Origin: Dehalococcoidia bacterium
Lineage (GTDB): Bacteria > Chloroflexota > Dehalococcoidia > Plut-88900
DNA length: 64,000 bases
Reading direction: 5' to 3'
Assembly: GCA_965197645.1 (NCBI GenBank)
Contig: OZ240219.1
Span: forward strand, 160,001-224,000
The notes under the pieces are model-generated. The model was given only the letters and a program-made list of their open reading frames with translations, was not told where the DNA came from and made no database searches. The position numbers were made by a program, and so were the translations under genes. Positions 36,057 to 46,108 of this stretch are shown piece after piece (within the stretch, counting starts at the first letter, position 1; every line of letters begins with the position of its first letter).

Positions 36057-37214
36057 ATGGCGCCTAAAGACCTACGCGGAAAGATAGCTATCGTCGGGGC
36101 ATCCGAATCCGACCAGATAGGGACCCGGCCCGACACATCCGTCCTACAGCTTCACGCTGAATCGGCCATCAACGCCCTGAACGATGCCGGCTTGAAGAAG
36201 GAGGACGTCGATGGCCTGTTCACGGCGGGAGTGACCGCCAACGAGCTGGCCGAGTACCTGGGTATGGTGCCCCGCTACGTCGACAGCACCATAGTCGGCG
36301 GATGCTCCTTCATCATGCACGTAGAGCACTCGATGCTGGCGCTGGCCGCAGGCATCATCAACGTAGCGGTTATTACCCACGGCGAGAGCGGCCGGTCCGG
36401 GGTCGGCGCTCCCCCATTCAACCCCCACCCCTCGGGGCTCAACGGCCAGTTCGAGGACCCGTTCGGCGCATTTGGGCCCACCACCCTGTTCTCCATCCCC
36501 GCCACCAGGCACATGCACAAGTACGGAACCACCCGGGAGCAGCTTGCCGAGGTCTCGGTGGCCACCCGCAAATGGGCCGCCATGCACCCGATGGCCAAGT
36601 TCAAGGACCCGATCACCATCGAAGACGTGCTCAACTCCAGGCCCATCTGCTGGCCCCTCACCCTGCTGATGTGCTGCCTCGTCACCGACGCGGGTGGCGC
36701 TATCGTGCTGACGCGGGCCGACCGGGCCAAGGACCTGAAACACAAGCCGGTCTACGTTCTGGGCACCGGCGAGGCGGTCTCCCAGGAGATGGTCTTCATG
36801 ATGGAGGACATGACCACCTCGCTGTGCGCCAGGATATCGGGCAAGGCGGCCTTCGACATGGCCGGGGTGAAACACGAGGATATAGATGTCGCCGAGCTGT
36901 ACGACGCCTTTTCTCACACACCGATGTTCGCTCTCGAGGACCTGGGGTTCGTAAAGCCGGGAGAGAGCGGTCCCTTCGTGGAGGGGCAGCGGACGGCGCC
37001 CGGCGGCGATTTCCCCATGAACACCAACGGCGGTGGTCTCTCCTACACCCACTCGGGGATGTACGGGATGTTCACCCTCATCGAGCTTACCCGCCAGCTG
37101 CGGGGCGAGTGCGGCGAACGCCAGGTCAAGGATGCCAAGATCGGCGTCGCTCACGGCCCCGGCGGCTACTTTTCCGCCGCCAGCACCCTCATAGCGGGCA
37201 ACGAGATTCCCTAG
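36057..37214 (+). CDS. SCP-x/Ltp2-type thiolase-like protein
   Basis: CCLVTDAG, ELYDAF, NTNGGGLS; paired with DUF35. Confidence 0.9.
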   Translation: MAPKDLRGKIAIVGASESDQIGTRPDTSVLQLHAESAINALNDAGLKKEDVDGLFTAGVTANELAEYLGMVPRYVDSTIVGGCSFIMHVEHSMLALAAGIINVAVITHGESGRSGVGAPPFNPHPSGLNGQFEDPFGAFGPTTLFSIPATRHMHKYGTTREQLAEVSVATRKWAAMHPMAKFKDPITIEDVLNSRPICWPLTLLMCCLVTDAGGAIVLTRADRAKDLKHKPVYVLGTGEAVSQEMVFMMEDMTTSLCARISGKAAFDMAGVKHEDIDVAELYDAFSHTPMFALEDLGFVKPGESGPFVEGQRTAPGGDFPMNTNGGGLSYTHSGMYGMFTLIELTRQLRGECGERQVKDAKIGVAHGPGGYFSAASTLIAGNEIP

Positions 37215-37242
37215 TCGAATCAGTTTCTACGACGTACCGTCA

Positions 37243-37277
37243 TGGGGCCGGCCTTCCGCTGCGGAAGGCCGGCCCCA
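37243..37277 (+). terminator. Strong hairpin after the thiolase gene
   Basis: TGGGGCCGGCCTTCCGC-T-GCGGAAGGCCGGCCCCA perfect inverted repeat. Confidence 0.7.
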
Positions 37278-37320
37278 CTGGGTTCTCTGACCCGTGCGGT
37301 TCTTCCCTGTCTCCCACCAC

Positions 37321-37447
37321 AGATTGCTTCGCTCGCTTTGACGCCTCTCAAGGCCAACTCCACCGTCGCTCGCAACGACGGCACTAACTAGACTGGATCC
37401 GTACCTCCGTCATTGCGAGACCCGACGAAGTCGGGGCGTGGCAATCT
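37321..37447. repeat. REP-doublet variant (family C, GTCATTGCG/GCAATCT type)
   Basis: AGATTGC...CTCGCAACGACGG-N25-CCGTCATTGCGAG...GCAATCT. Confidence 0.7.
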
Positions 37448-37604
37448 AGCCAGGTCATCCTAACTGACGAGGCGGGTGACCTCCGTTTCGCTGTGGCTAG
37501 AGCACACTCAAACTCGGCGCTGCGCCCCACATCCTCCACTTCCAACCTCCGGTCAAAGGCTGATATCATAGGGGCATCTCAGCTAGTTCAAGGAGAGATG
37601 TCCC

Positions 37605-39200
37605 ATGGCAGAGAAAGAGGGCCCGTACAAGTTCACGTGGGCGGAGGCTCGCGCCGATCTGAAGAAGCGCAGGGACCGGGCGCTGTTGCACGGAGGCGAG
37701 AACGCCGTAGAGCGGCAGCGCAAAGCCGGCCGAGGACTGGTCAGAGAGCGGATCGCCGACCTGGTCGATCCCTACACCTTTCGCGAGATAGGCACCATGG
37801 CCATCGACCGTCGGTACGATTCCCAGGGCCAGGAGCTGGAGCCCACCTCCGCCGGATACGTCATGGGACTGGGGGAAGTGGACGGCCGGCCAGTGGCCGT
37901 CGGCGGCGAGGACTTCACCGTCAGCGCAGGCCACACCGTCGGTCTGGACCGGGGCAAGGGTGGTATTGGCGGGTTCGTCGAGGACCTGGCCCACGAGTAC
38001 AGAATCCCGTTGATGATGTGCATGGAGGGAGTGGGTGGTGGAGTGAGCCAACAGGCCTCGGGAGGACACGCTCCGCTGGTCAGCTCCGCCAGCTTCGGAC
38101 GACCCTTCCAGCTGCTGGGCGAGGTACCAGTGATCACCGCCGCCATGGGCGCCTGCGCCGGTGGCACGGCGGCGCGGCTAATACTAAGCCACTTCAATTG
38201 CATGACTAGGGAGACCGCCTGTGTCTTCGCCGGAGGGCCGCCGGTGGTGGAGCGCGCGCTCGGTCACCCAATAAACAAATTCGATCTGGGCGGCGCCGAG
38301 ATACACACCAAGATATCGGGGATGGTGGACAACGTTGCCGAGGACGAGCAGGACGCCATCCGGCAGATGAAGCGGTTCCTCAGCTATATGCCTCAGAACG
38401 TCTGGGAGGCCCCCGACCGGGTAGACCTGGGCGACCCACCGGACAGAGACATCGAGGTGATCCTGGACCTGATGCCGGAAGACAGACGTCGCGCATACGA
38501 TTCTCATGACATCGTGACTGCCCTGGTGGACCAGGGGAGCTTCTTCGAAATCAGCCCGGACTGGGGCAAGGCGATGGTGGTGGGCCTGGCCAGGTTCGAT
38601 GGATACCCCGTCGGAATCCTCGCCCACAACCCGATGCACCTCGGCGGTGCACTGGACGCTCAGGGGGCACAGAAGCAGGCCAGATTTACCGAGGTCTGCG
38701 ACACCTTCCACATCCCCATTGTCTACCTGGTCGACGTGCCCGGATTCATGATCGGAGCGGCTGCCGAGAGGGAAGGGACCCTGAGGAAGGGGATGCGGGC
38801 CCTGCAGGTGCTGATGGAAGCCACTGTCCCGATGATCACCATCCACACCCGAAAGGCGTTTGGGATGGCCTGTAACGCCACCTCCAACCCGGACAGGCTG
38901 AGCCTGCGTGTGGCCTGGCCTTCCGCGGAGTGGGGCGACATGCCCATCGAGGGGGGCGTGGCCGCCGCCTTCCGAAGGGAGATCCAGTCGGCCCCGAACC
39001 CGGATGTGTACCGGCGGGAGATAGAGGAGCGGATGTTGAAGGACGCCTCTCCCTGGGGCACGGCAGAGGCCTTCGGAGTGGAGGAGATCATAGACCCGGT
39101 GGAGACACGGGCGTTCATCTGTCACTTCATCAAGGCGGCCCAGGGCTACATCAGATCACGGTTGGGCCCGAAGCAGAAGGTGGGCATCCGCATCTTCTAG
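37605..39200 (+). CDS. Acyl-CoA carboxylase carboxyltransferase subunit
   Basis: VRERIADLVD, DFTVSAG, GGPPVV, DVPGFMIG, IIDPVETR. Confidence 0.92.
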   Translation: MAEKEGPYKFTWAEARADLKKRRDRALLHGGENAVERQRKAGRGLVRERIADLVDPYTFREIGTMAIDRRYDSQGQELEPTSAGYVMGLGEVDGRPVAVGGEDFTVSAGHTVGLDRGKGGIGGFVEDLAHEYRIPLMMCMEGVGGGVSQQASGGHAPLVSSASFGRPFQLLGEVPVITAAMGACAGGTAARLILSHFNCMTRETACVFAGGPPVVERALGHPINKFDLGGAEIHTKISGMVDNVAEDEQDAIRQMKRFLSYMPQNVWEAPDRVDLGDPPDRDIEVILDLMPEDRRRAYDSHDIVTALVDQGSFFEISPDWGKAMVVGLARFDGYPVGILAHNPMHLGGALDAQGAQKQARFTEVCDTFHIPIVYLVDVPGFMIGAAAEREGTLRKGMRALQVLMEATVPMITIHTRKAFGMACNATSNPDRLSLRVAWPSAEWGDMPIEGGVAAAFRREIQSAPNPDVYRREIEERMLKDASPWGTAEAFGVEEIIDPVETRAFICHFIKAAQGYIRSRLGPKQKVGIRIF

Positions 39201-39251
39201 GCCCAGGCCTTCGGCGATCCCCATCCCGCCCGCTACAGAGCGGCTCTTCGC

Positions 39252-39764
39252 TCATTTTGCGGCGGCACGGAGTATCAGCGGGGCCGGGGTAGAGTCCAGC
39301 TCGGCCCAGTCGATGCGTTCGGGTAGTTCGACTCTCTCCAGCCAGGCCGAGCTTTCGTCGCAAAGCCGGTCCAGCTCAAGGCCCATAAACGTCGGGCGGA
39401 ACACCCGCAGGAGCCTGGTCCCATCCGATAGCTTTATCCTGGAAGCCTTGCGGTTATGCCGGCGGACCTGTAGGAAGCCGACGGCCAGCTTGATCAGGCC
39501 GTGATAGAAATGGCGCAACGGGTAGGGCGAGGCCCGCCAGACGTGTTCCAGCGTCTCGTGACACTCCCAGTATCTGCTCGAGTTGAACTGCTCGACGCCG
39601 ACGAGGAGCTCGGAGGGAGGTTGCGAGGGAAACTGATCACTGTACGAGGAAACTCCTCGTCGTTCCAGCTCCTCCAGCCACAGGACGTCCAGCCTGCGAC
39701 GGTTGCCCAGGGAGGGCCAAAGGGGCAGATTTGCCTGCTCACCTTCCACCACAGAGAGGATCAC
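39252..39764 (-). CDS. DUF309 family protein
   Basis: FNSSRYWECHETLEHVW, GLIKLAVG. Confidence 0.88.
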   Translation of the reverse strand: MILSVVEGEQANLPLWPSLGNRRRLDVLWLEELERRGVSSYSDQFPSQPPSELLVGVEQFNSSRYWECHETLEHVWRASPYPLRHFYHGLIKLAVGFLQVRRHNRKASRIKLSDGTRLLRVFRPTFMGLELDRLCDESSAWLERVELPERIDWAELDSTPAPLILRAAAK

Positions 39765-41062
39765 ATCGATGAAAAGGTGGCGTCGGCGGCGGCCAAGGTC
39801 TCTTCCACGTCCTCCTCGGTATGGGCCGTGGAAAACAGCCAGGTCCCTCTGCCCGGCAGGCGCACACCCCGCTCCATCATGCCCTTGGCGAATACTTCGT
39901 AGCGTTCCGCATCGGCGTGCTTGATGCTGGAGCGAAGATCGGGCAGCTCGGATTGATCGGTGAAGATCATGTTGAAGACGGTGCCGACGCCCTGGATAAG
40001 CACGTCTTCCTCGTGGGTCCTGGCCAGGTTACGCAGCCCTTCGATCAGCTTGTTGCCTAGCTCGGTGGCCTGCTTCAAGGCCTCGCCGTCGTTTTCAGAC
40101 AGCCGGCTAACGGCCGCCTTGGTCGCCGCCAGCGAAGTGGTGTTGCCGCTGGCGGTGCCGGCGTGCATCGCCGTCCCATCGGCGAAGTGCTGCATGATCT
40201 CTCTCTTGCCCGCCACGACGGCCATGGGGAAGCCGCCGGCCACCCCCTTGGCGAAGGTGGCCACGTCCGGTGTAACCCCCAACAGCTCCTGGGCGCCCCC
40301 CGAGGCCACGCGAAAACCGGTTATCACCTCGTCGAAGATCAGCACTACACCCGTCTCGTCACACAGCTTTCGAACTCCCTCCAGGTAGCCGGATTTAGGC
40401 ATCGAGCCGTTCGTGTTGCAGGCGATGGGCTCCATGATGATGGCGGCGATCTCGTCGGCCTGCCGGTGCACGGTCTCGGTCAACAGATCGAGGTCGTTCC
40501 ACGGGAGGGTAATGACCTCATCTCTGGTGCCACTGGCCATCCCAGCGGAGGCAGGGACCGGGATGGGGTTTTCTCTCGGGCCCAGCTCCTCGATGGACCT
40601 TCCCAGGCTGTAGAGAACGCTATCGTCCCACCCGTGATAGTGGCCCTCGAACTTGATGAACTTGTTGCGGCCCGTGTGGGCCCTGGCTATTCGAATTGCC
40701 GCCAGTACCACTTCCGAGCCGGAGCTGTTCCACCTCACCAGCTCGGCGCAGGGGATAACCTCGGTGAGAAGCTCAGCCACCTCTATTTCCAGCCGGTGCT
40801 GGCCGGCGTAGACCTGGCCATTGCTCACCTGCTCGTTCACGGCCTCTAGGACGAGGTCCGGGGCGTGACCCATGACGGTGGCGCCGTTGCCCATGAAGTA
40901 GTCGATGAACTCGTTGCCATCGACGTCCCAGAGCCTGGAGCCTTTGCCCTTTTCGAAGAAGAGGGGCACCGGCAGCTCGTGGGAGCGGTGCTGGCTGCTT
41001 ATTCCACCCGCCAACGACTGCTTGGAACGCTCGAAGAGCTCTCTGGACTTATCGAACTTCAT
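39761..41062 (-). CDS. Class III PLP aminotransferase (GSA-aminomutase-like), second paralog
   Basis: SGSE, FEGHYHG, IFDEVITGFR, AKGVAGG. Confidence 0.92.
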   Translation of the reverse strand: MKFDKSRELFERSKQSLAGGISSQHRSHELPVPLFFEKGKGSRLWDVDGNEFIDYFMGNGATVMGHAPDLVLEAVNEQVSNGQVYAGQHRLEIEVAELLTEVIPCAELVRWNSSGSEVVLAAIRIARAHTGRNKFIKFEGHYHGWDDSVLYSLGRSIEELGPRENPIPVPASAGMASGTRDEVITLPWNDLDLLTETVHRQADEIAAIIMEPIACNTNGSMPKSGYLEGVRKLCDETGVVLIFDEVITGFRVASGGAQELLGVTPDVATFAKGVAGGFPMAVVAGKREIMQHFADGTAMHAGTASGNTTSLAATKAAVSRLSENDGEALKQATELGNKLIEGLRNLARTHEEDVLIQGVGTVFNMIFTDQSELPDLRSSIKHADAERYEVFAKGMMERGVRLPGRGTWLFSTAHTEEDVEETLAAADATFSSM

Positions 41063-41139
41063 GGCTTCCCCCACAGATGCTAGCCTACGAACAGATCGAC
41101 TCTATTGGACGCCTGTGGCCTTGTCAAGACGAACGGGCA

Positions 41140-42111
41140 TTAGCCCGCTTCCAGGAGCTCTTCCGCCATGGCTAGGGCTCCAAGCATGGAGACCTCGTCT
41201 CCCAGCCGGGTGACCTCGAGGCGCAGACCGTGGGCGTGAAGCGGAAATGCTCTCTCCCTGCAGACCTGAAAGGCCGGCTTTAGAATGTCGTCTCCGATCT
41301 GGGTTACTCCACCACCGAGGACGATGAGCTCCGGGTTGAAGATGTTGACGATGCCTGCCAGGCCGACACCCAGGTAGAACGCCGCTCCCTCCAGCACCTC
41401 GCTACCGACTTTATCGCCCCGGCGGGCGGCCTCGTGTACAGCCTTAGGGTCCAAGCGACCGAGATCATAGACCTGTCGCAGGGAGGTATCTTCGCCGGCC
41501 TCTACGCGGCGTTTGGCCTCGCACGTGATGGCCGTGCCCGAGGCCAGGGCCTCCCAGCAGCCGGAGGACCCGCAACCGCACCCGGGGCCATCGGGATCGA
41601 CGGTCATGTGTCCCACTTCGCCGGCGGCGCCGACCGCTCCACGGTAGACCTCCCCATCGGCCAGTATCCCCCCGCCTATACCCGTGCTAACGGTTATGTA
41701 AAGCATGTTCCGGGCATCCCGGCCGCACCCGAAGCGGTGCTCCGCCAGCACTCCGGCGTTGCAATCGTTGTCCACGACTGCCGGCACCGCCAGCTCCTCT
41801 TCGAGCAGGTCCCGGAAGGGTACGTCGATAAATTGGGTAAGATGGGGTGAGTTCCTGACCCGCCCTTGCTCGAAGTCCACGGGCCCCGGAGCCGTAGACC
41901 CTACGACTGCTATACTGGACCCGTCGACCTCGTCTAGAAGCTGGCGGGCATTACGTGATATGGTTTCCACCACGACCTGGGGACTCTCCTCGGACGGAGT
42001 GGGGACCTTTCTTTGGGCCAGAATTCTTTGGGGCGAGTGGGCCAGGGCCAGCCGCATCGACGTGCCGCCTATGTCCACCCCCAACATCACGGGGCGTTTC
42101 ACGGAGGTCAT
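41140..42111 (-). CDS. ROK family sugar kinase (glucokinase-like)
   Basis: DIGGT, DNDCN, GEVGH, CGCGSSGCWE. Confidence 0.92.
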   Translation of the reverse strand: MTSVKRPVMLGVDIGGTSMRLALAHSPQRILAQRKVPTPSEESPQVVVETISRNARQLLDEVDGSSIAVVGSTAPGPVDFEQGRVRNSPHLTQFIDVPFRDLLEEELAVPAVVDNDCNAGVLAEHRFGCGRDARNMLYITVSTGIGGGILADGEVYRGAVGAAGEVGHMTVDPDGPGCGCGSSGCWEALASGTAITCEAKRRVEAGEDTSLRQVYDLGRLDPKAVHEAARRGDKVGSEVLEGAAFYLGVGLAGIVNIFNPELIVLGGGVTQIGDDILKPAFQVCRERAFPLHAHGLRLEVTRLGDEVSMLGALAMAEELLEAG

Positions 42112-42176
42112 ACGGCATTCTAGACAGTGAAGGGCAGACCGGACAAGACCATCCCGTGGCGAATACAGGAGACGGC

Positions 42177-42524
42177 ATGAGTTCTCACGTCATAAGGCTC
42201 GAGGAGTACAACAGTGGCATCAGTGACGATGACCTGGACGCAAACTTCAAGAGAGACGTGGAATTTTACACTCGCATTGATCCGCTGCCGACAATGGAGG
42301 GGATGAATCGCAGTCTGGGCATACCTATCGGAGCCATAGCCAGATACGTTCTGGTAAAGTGGGCTACGTCAGGGAGCGAAGGGGTAATGGAGATAGGCCC
42401 CAAAGTGGTCAAGCAGATGGGCGATATCGTGAGTACCGCCGAGCAAGAGGGGACCGATAAGAGCAGGCTAGAAGGCTACCGTAAGCTATCCGGAATCGTC
42501 TCATGGTTGAACGCGATACCCTAG
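42177..42524 (+). CDS. DUF6027-like conserved protein
   Basis: DANFK...DPLPT...IPIGAIARYVLVKWATSGS; AGGAG RBS. Confidence 0.7.
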   Translation: MSSHVIRLEEYNSGISDDDLDANFKRDVEFYTRIDPLPTMEGMNRSLGIPIGAIARYVLVKWATSGSEGVMEIGPKVVKQMGDIVSTAEQEGTDKSRLEGYRKLSGIVSWLNAIP

Positions 42525-43801
42525 ACGCATACACGCCCAAGCTCCGGGCCTTGGACCTCAGATGGGTGGTACAGGGCGGGCAGAGGTACGTTCATCTGAG
42601 GGACCCCCTGGGACTGAACGGCCAGGAGCTTATGGTGCCCGAGCTCCTGGTACCCTTCCTGGGTCTCTGCGACGGCACCCGCGACATCCCATCGCTGCGT
42701 ACGGCCTCCATGATTACCAATGGGTTCGCGCCATCATTGGAGGAGATAGAAGCCATCATTGGGCGATTGGATGATGCATTGCTCCTGGAAGGCCCCAGAT
42801 TCGAGGTGGCGAAGCGGCGGGTCCTGGATGAGTACAGGAGCGCCCCATTCCGGACACCGGCCCTCGCTGGACCGAGCTACCCGGACCGGCCCGCCGAGCT
42901 TGAAAGCACACTGGACGTTTACCTCGCCCAGGCTTCCGGGGGTACGGATAGCGGCCCGTGCGGCACCATCGTCGGCCTCATCAGTCCCCACATCGACTAT
43001 CACCGTGGCAACCGCGTCTATGCGCAGACCTGGGGCCCGATTGCTGATGCCGTACGAAACAGCAAGCTGGTCATAGTCCTCGGCACCGATCACTCGGGCG
43101 GATCCGGCAGTATCACACTGACAAGGCAAAACTACGCCACGCCGTGGGGCGCGCTCCCCACCCATTTCGGGATAGTTGACGACCTGATCCAGCGCTTGGG
43201 AGAATCGGACTCTCTACGCGAGGAGCTGCATCACGTAAAGGAGCACTCCATAGAGTTGGCATTGGTATGGCTTCATTACATGCTGGACCCGGAGCAGAGA
43301 TCGGGAAGTGACCTACCGGAGATAGTCCCCATACTGACCGGCCATATGTGGCCCTTCCTGAACGGAGAACAGGACCCCGCCGATGACGATAGGTACGGTC
43401 GATTGATCGATGGGCTGAAGGATGCCACCAAGGACAAGGACGCCCTGATAGTCGTGGCCGGCGACCTTGCCCACGTGGGGCCGGCCTTCGGGGACACCGT
43501 GCCGTGGGACGCCGACGCCAGCGCTCGGCTCCGGACGCAGGACCACGAGTCGTTGGAATCCATCGGGAACGGGGACGCCGACGGATTCTTCCAGGGGCTA
43601 AAGCATGAGCAGGACAGCCGCCGGGTCTGTGGAATGACACCCATCTATCTGGCCCTTCGCTTGCTGGGGCCGGAGGTCTCTGGGGAGGTTGTTGGATACG
43701 ACCAGTGCCCGGCGGACGCAGAAGGTGGGTCCCTGGTCTCGATAGCGGGTGTGATCTGGCGCCAACCAGATAGCAACTCGGCGGCCCAGCCGACGTTATA
43801 G
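42503..43801 (+). CDS. AmmeMemoRadiSam system protein B (MEMO1 family) with N-terminal extension
   Basis: AGPSYP, SPHIDY, GTDH, EHSIE, GDLAHVG, CG. Confidence 0.9.
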   Translation: MVERDTLDAYTPKLRALDLRWVVQGGQRYVHLRDPLGLNGQELMVPELLVPFLGLCDGTRDIPSLRTASMITNGFAPSLEEIEAIIGRLDDALLLEGPRFEVAKRRVLDEYRSAPFRTPALAGPSYPDRPAELESTLDVYLAQASGGTDSGPCGTIVGLISPHIDYHRGNRVYAQTWGPIADAVRNSKLVIVLGTDHSGGSGSITLTRQNYATPWGALPTHFGIVDDLIQRLGESDSLREELHHVKEHSIELALVWLHYMLDPEQRSGSDLPEIVPILTGHMWPFLNGEQDPADDDRYGRLIDGLKDATKDKDALIVVAGDLAHVGPAFGDTVPWDADASARLRTQDHESLESIGNGDADGFFQGLKHEQDSRRVCGMTPIYLALRLLGPEVSGEVVGYDQCPADAEGGSLVSIAGVIWRQPDSNSAAQPTL

Positions 43802-43843
43802 ATAGGAAGCAATTAAACGGCGAGTAGACTCAGATTGGGTTAG

Positions 43844-45145
43844 ATGCAAATGATCAAACACTTGAACGATAGATTTTGGCACCGCTTTGGGCGGTTTCGG
43901 TTGTGGCTTCCGGCGGCTGCACTTCTAACGGTCCTGCTTGTGGTGGCCGCATGTGGACAGAGTTCTACGCCCACGGCCACCCCAACGCCGACCTCGATGG
44001 CCGAATCCACCCCGGCGTCGGAGCCCACCGCCGACTCGACACCGGAGGCCGAACCCACCGCCGAGCCGACGGAACAGGCCGTCCTCCCCACTCCCCGCCC
44101 CGATGAAGCAGGACGGGTGGGGACTGTAGCACCGGAGATTAGGGGAATAACGAGCTGGCTGAACTCGGAGCCGCTGACCCTCGCCGGCCTCAGAGGCCAG
44201 GTTGTACTGGTGGATTTCTGGACCTACACCTGCGTCAACTGCATTCGCACCTTGCCTTACCTGAGGGACTGGCACGCCAAGTACAGCGATAACGGCCTCG
44301 TAATCCTCGGCATTCACACTCCCGAGTTCGAGTTCGAGAAGGTGCAGGAAAACGTGGCACGGGCGATAGAGACCCACGAGCTCGGTTGGGCGGTAGCCCA
44401 GGACAACGATTTCCTTACCTGGAGGGCCTTTAACAACCGGTTCTGGCCCGCCAAGTACCTCATAGACGGCGAGGGGTACATAAGATATCGCCACTTCGGT
44501 GAGGGGAAGTACGACGAAACGGAACAGGAGATCAGAAAGCTGCTGGAAGACGCGGGCTACGACGTATCGAACATCCAGCTCAACCCCGATGAGGGGCAGC
44601 GGGTGGACCCCCAAGCGCGGTCGGGCACGGCTACGGGTCAGACCCGGGAACTGTACGCCGGTACGGAGAGAAACCGATATGCCGATATACCTTACATCGG
44701 CAACGAGGAGTACTACGGCATACCGCTTAATTCCGTCCAAGCCTACCAGGACCCGATAGCGCACATAAACCACTTGCTCTACCTTCAAGGCGAGTGGATC
44801 AACGGCCCGGAGAGTCTGCAACACGCCCGAACAACGGAGAACTTGGAGGACTACATAGCCCTGAAATTCTTCGGCACGAGCGTCAACGTGGTGATAGACG
44901 CGGAAGGGGCGGACCCCTTCGACGTGGTGATCACCATCGCGGACGAACCGGTGCCCCAGCACTACCAAGGGTCTGATATCATTGTGGACGAGGATGGAAC
45001 AACGGCCATTAGAGTCGACGAACCGAGGATGTACAATCTGGTGCAGCTGCCCGAATACGGCGGCCACGAGCTAAAGCTACTGTCCAACTCGGAGCATTTC
45101 AGCGTGTTTGCATTCACCTTCGGTTCCTACTCCGTAGGGCCATAG
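43844..45145 (+). CDS. Lipoprotein with DipZ-like TlpA thioredoxin and C-terminal domain
   Basis: Lipobox VAAC, Pro/Thr linker, DFWTYTCVNC, HTPEFEFEK, FTFG. Confidence 0.88.
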   Translation: MQMIKHLNDRFWHRFGRFRLWLPAAALLTVLLVVAACGQSSTPTATPTPTSMAESTPASEPTADSTPEAEPTAEPTEQAVLPTPRPDEAGRVGTVAPEIRGITSWLNSEPLTLAGLRGQVVLVDFWTYTCVNCIRTLPYLRDWHAKYSDNGLVILGIHTPEFEFEKVQENVARAIETHELGWAVAQDNDFLTWRAFNNRFWPAKYLIDGEGYIRYRHFGEGKYDETEQEIRKLLEDAGYDVSNIQLNPDEGQRVDPQARSGTATGQTRELYAGTERNRYADIPYIGNEEYYGIPLNSVQAYQDPIAHINHLLYLQGEWINGPESLQHARTTENLEDYIALKFFGTSVNVVIDAEGADPFDVVITIADEPVPQHYQGSDIIVDEDGTTAIRVDEPRMYNLVQLPEYGGHELKLLSNSEHFSVFAFTFGSYSVGP

Positions 45146-45151
45146 ACAGAA

Positions 45152-46099
45152 GTGGTTTATTCCAAGGGAAAAGTCTCCGCGATAGCCGCCTCGTTGCTGG
45201 CGGCTCTACTGCTGTTTCAAGCCTGTGGAGGCGGCGGTGCTGAACCGTCGTCCCCCGCACCCCAGGTCACCGAAACACCCTCGCCGACGCCCGCGCCCGC
45301 AGCTCACGTACCGGAGATAGAGGGGCTCTTGGCAACGACCGATCTGGGTCTCGGCGTCAACAGGATCGCCTTTCTCCTGCAATCGGACCAGGGATTGATC
45401 ACCCTGCCCCAGGTAAAAGTTGCCTCAGTCTACGGCTCGGAGAGCGAGGCTTCAGAATCGCAGGCCGCCCGGTTTCACATCTGGCCCTTCGGCACACGGG
45501 GGAACTACGTAGCGGATTTCAACTTCGATAAACCGGGCGACTGGACCCTGGAAGTTTCCTTTACCAACTTCGATGGCGTGGACATGATGGCTGCCATTCC
45601 CATCCAGGTAAGCGAGACGACCGTCGTCCCGGCCGTGGGAGACGAGCCGCCGGCAGCGCTGAACAGGACTATCGACGACGTGGAAAGCATCGAGCAGATC
45701 ACGGGGTGGCCTAGACCCGACCCCGAGCTCTACCAGCTCACCATCCCCGAAGCCGTGGCCAGCGGCCTGCCATCGGTATTCGTGTTCTCCAGCCCTGGAT
45801 TCTGCACCAGCCCCACCTGCGGCCCCCAGGCCGATACGGTCAAAGAGCTGAAGGACCAGTACAGGGAACAGGCCAACTTCATACACGTCGAGATCTACTC
45901 CAACCCCATCGAAATCCAGCAGGACCTGACCTTGGGCCGGTATCATCCGGTCATCGAGGCCTGGAGTTTTCCGGATATCCAGGGCTACCTGAACGAGTCC
46001 TGGGTCTTCATCGTCGATAGCTCGGGGCTAATTGCCTCCAGGTACCAGGGCTTCGCATCTTACGAGGAGCTGGAGCAGGGCCTGCTGAAGGTGCTGTAG
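45152..46099 (+). CDS. Lipoprotein with thioredoxin-like domain
   Basis: Lipobox FQAC, PGFCTSPTCGP, FIHVEIY. Confidence 0.75.
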   Translation: MVYSKGKVSAIAASLLAALLLFQACGGGGAEPSSPAPQVTETPSPTPAPAAHVPEIEGLLATTDLGLGVNRIAFLLQSDQGLITLPQVKVASVYGSESEASESQAARFHIWPFGTRGNYVADFNFDKPGDWTLEVSFTNFDGVDMMAAIPIQVSETTVVPAVGDEPPAALNRTIDDVESIEQITGWPRPDPELYQLTIPEAVASGLPSVFVFSSPGFCTSPTCGPQADTVKELKDQYREQANFIHVEIYSNPIEIQQDLTLGRYHPVIEAWSFPDIQGYLNESWVFIVDSSGLIASRYQGFASYEELEQGLLKVL

Positions 46100-46108
46100 A
46101 GAAGCCCG

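Noticed and set aside
43970-44100. Repetitive sequence in lipoprotein genes (also 56350-56480)
   Set aside because: Encodes ordinary Pro/Thr-rich linkers rather than a DNA repeat element.
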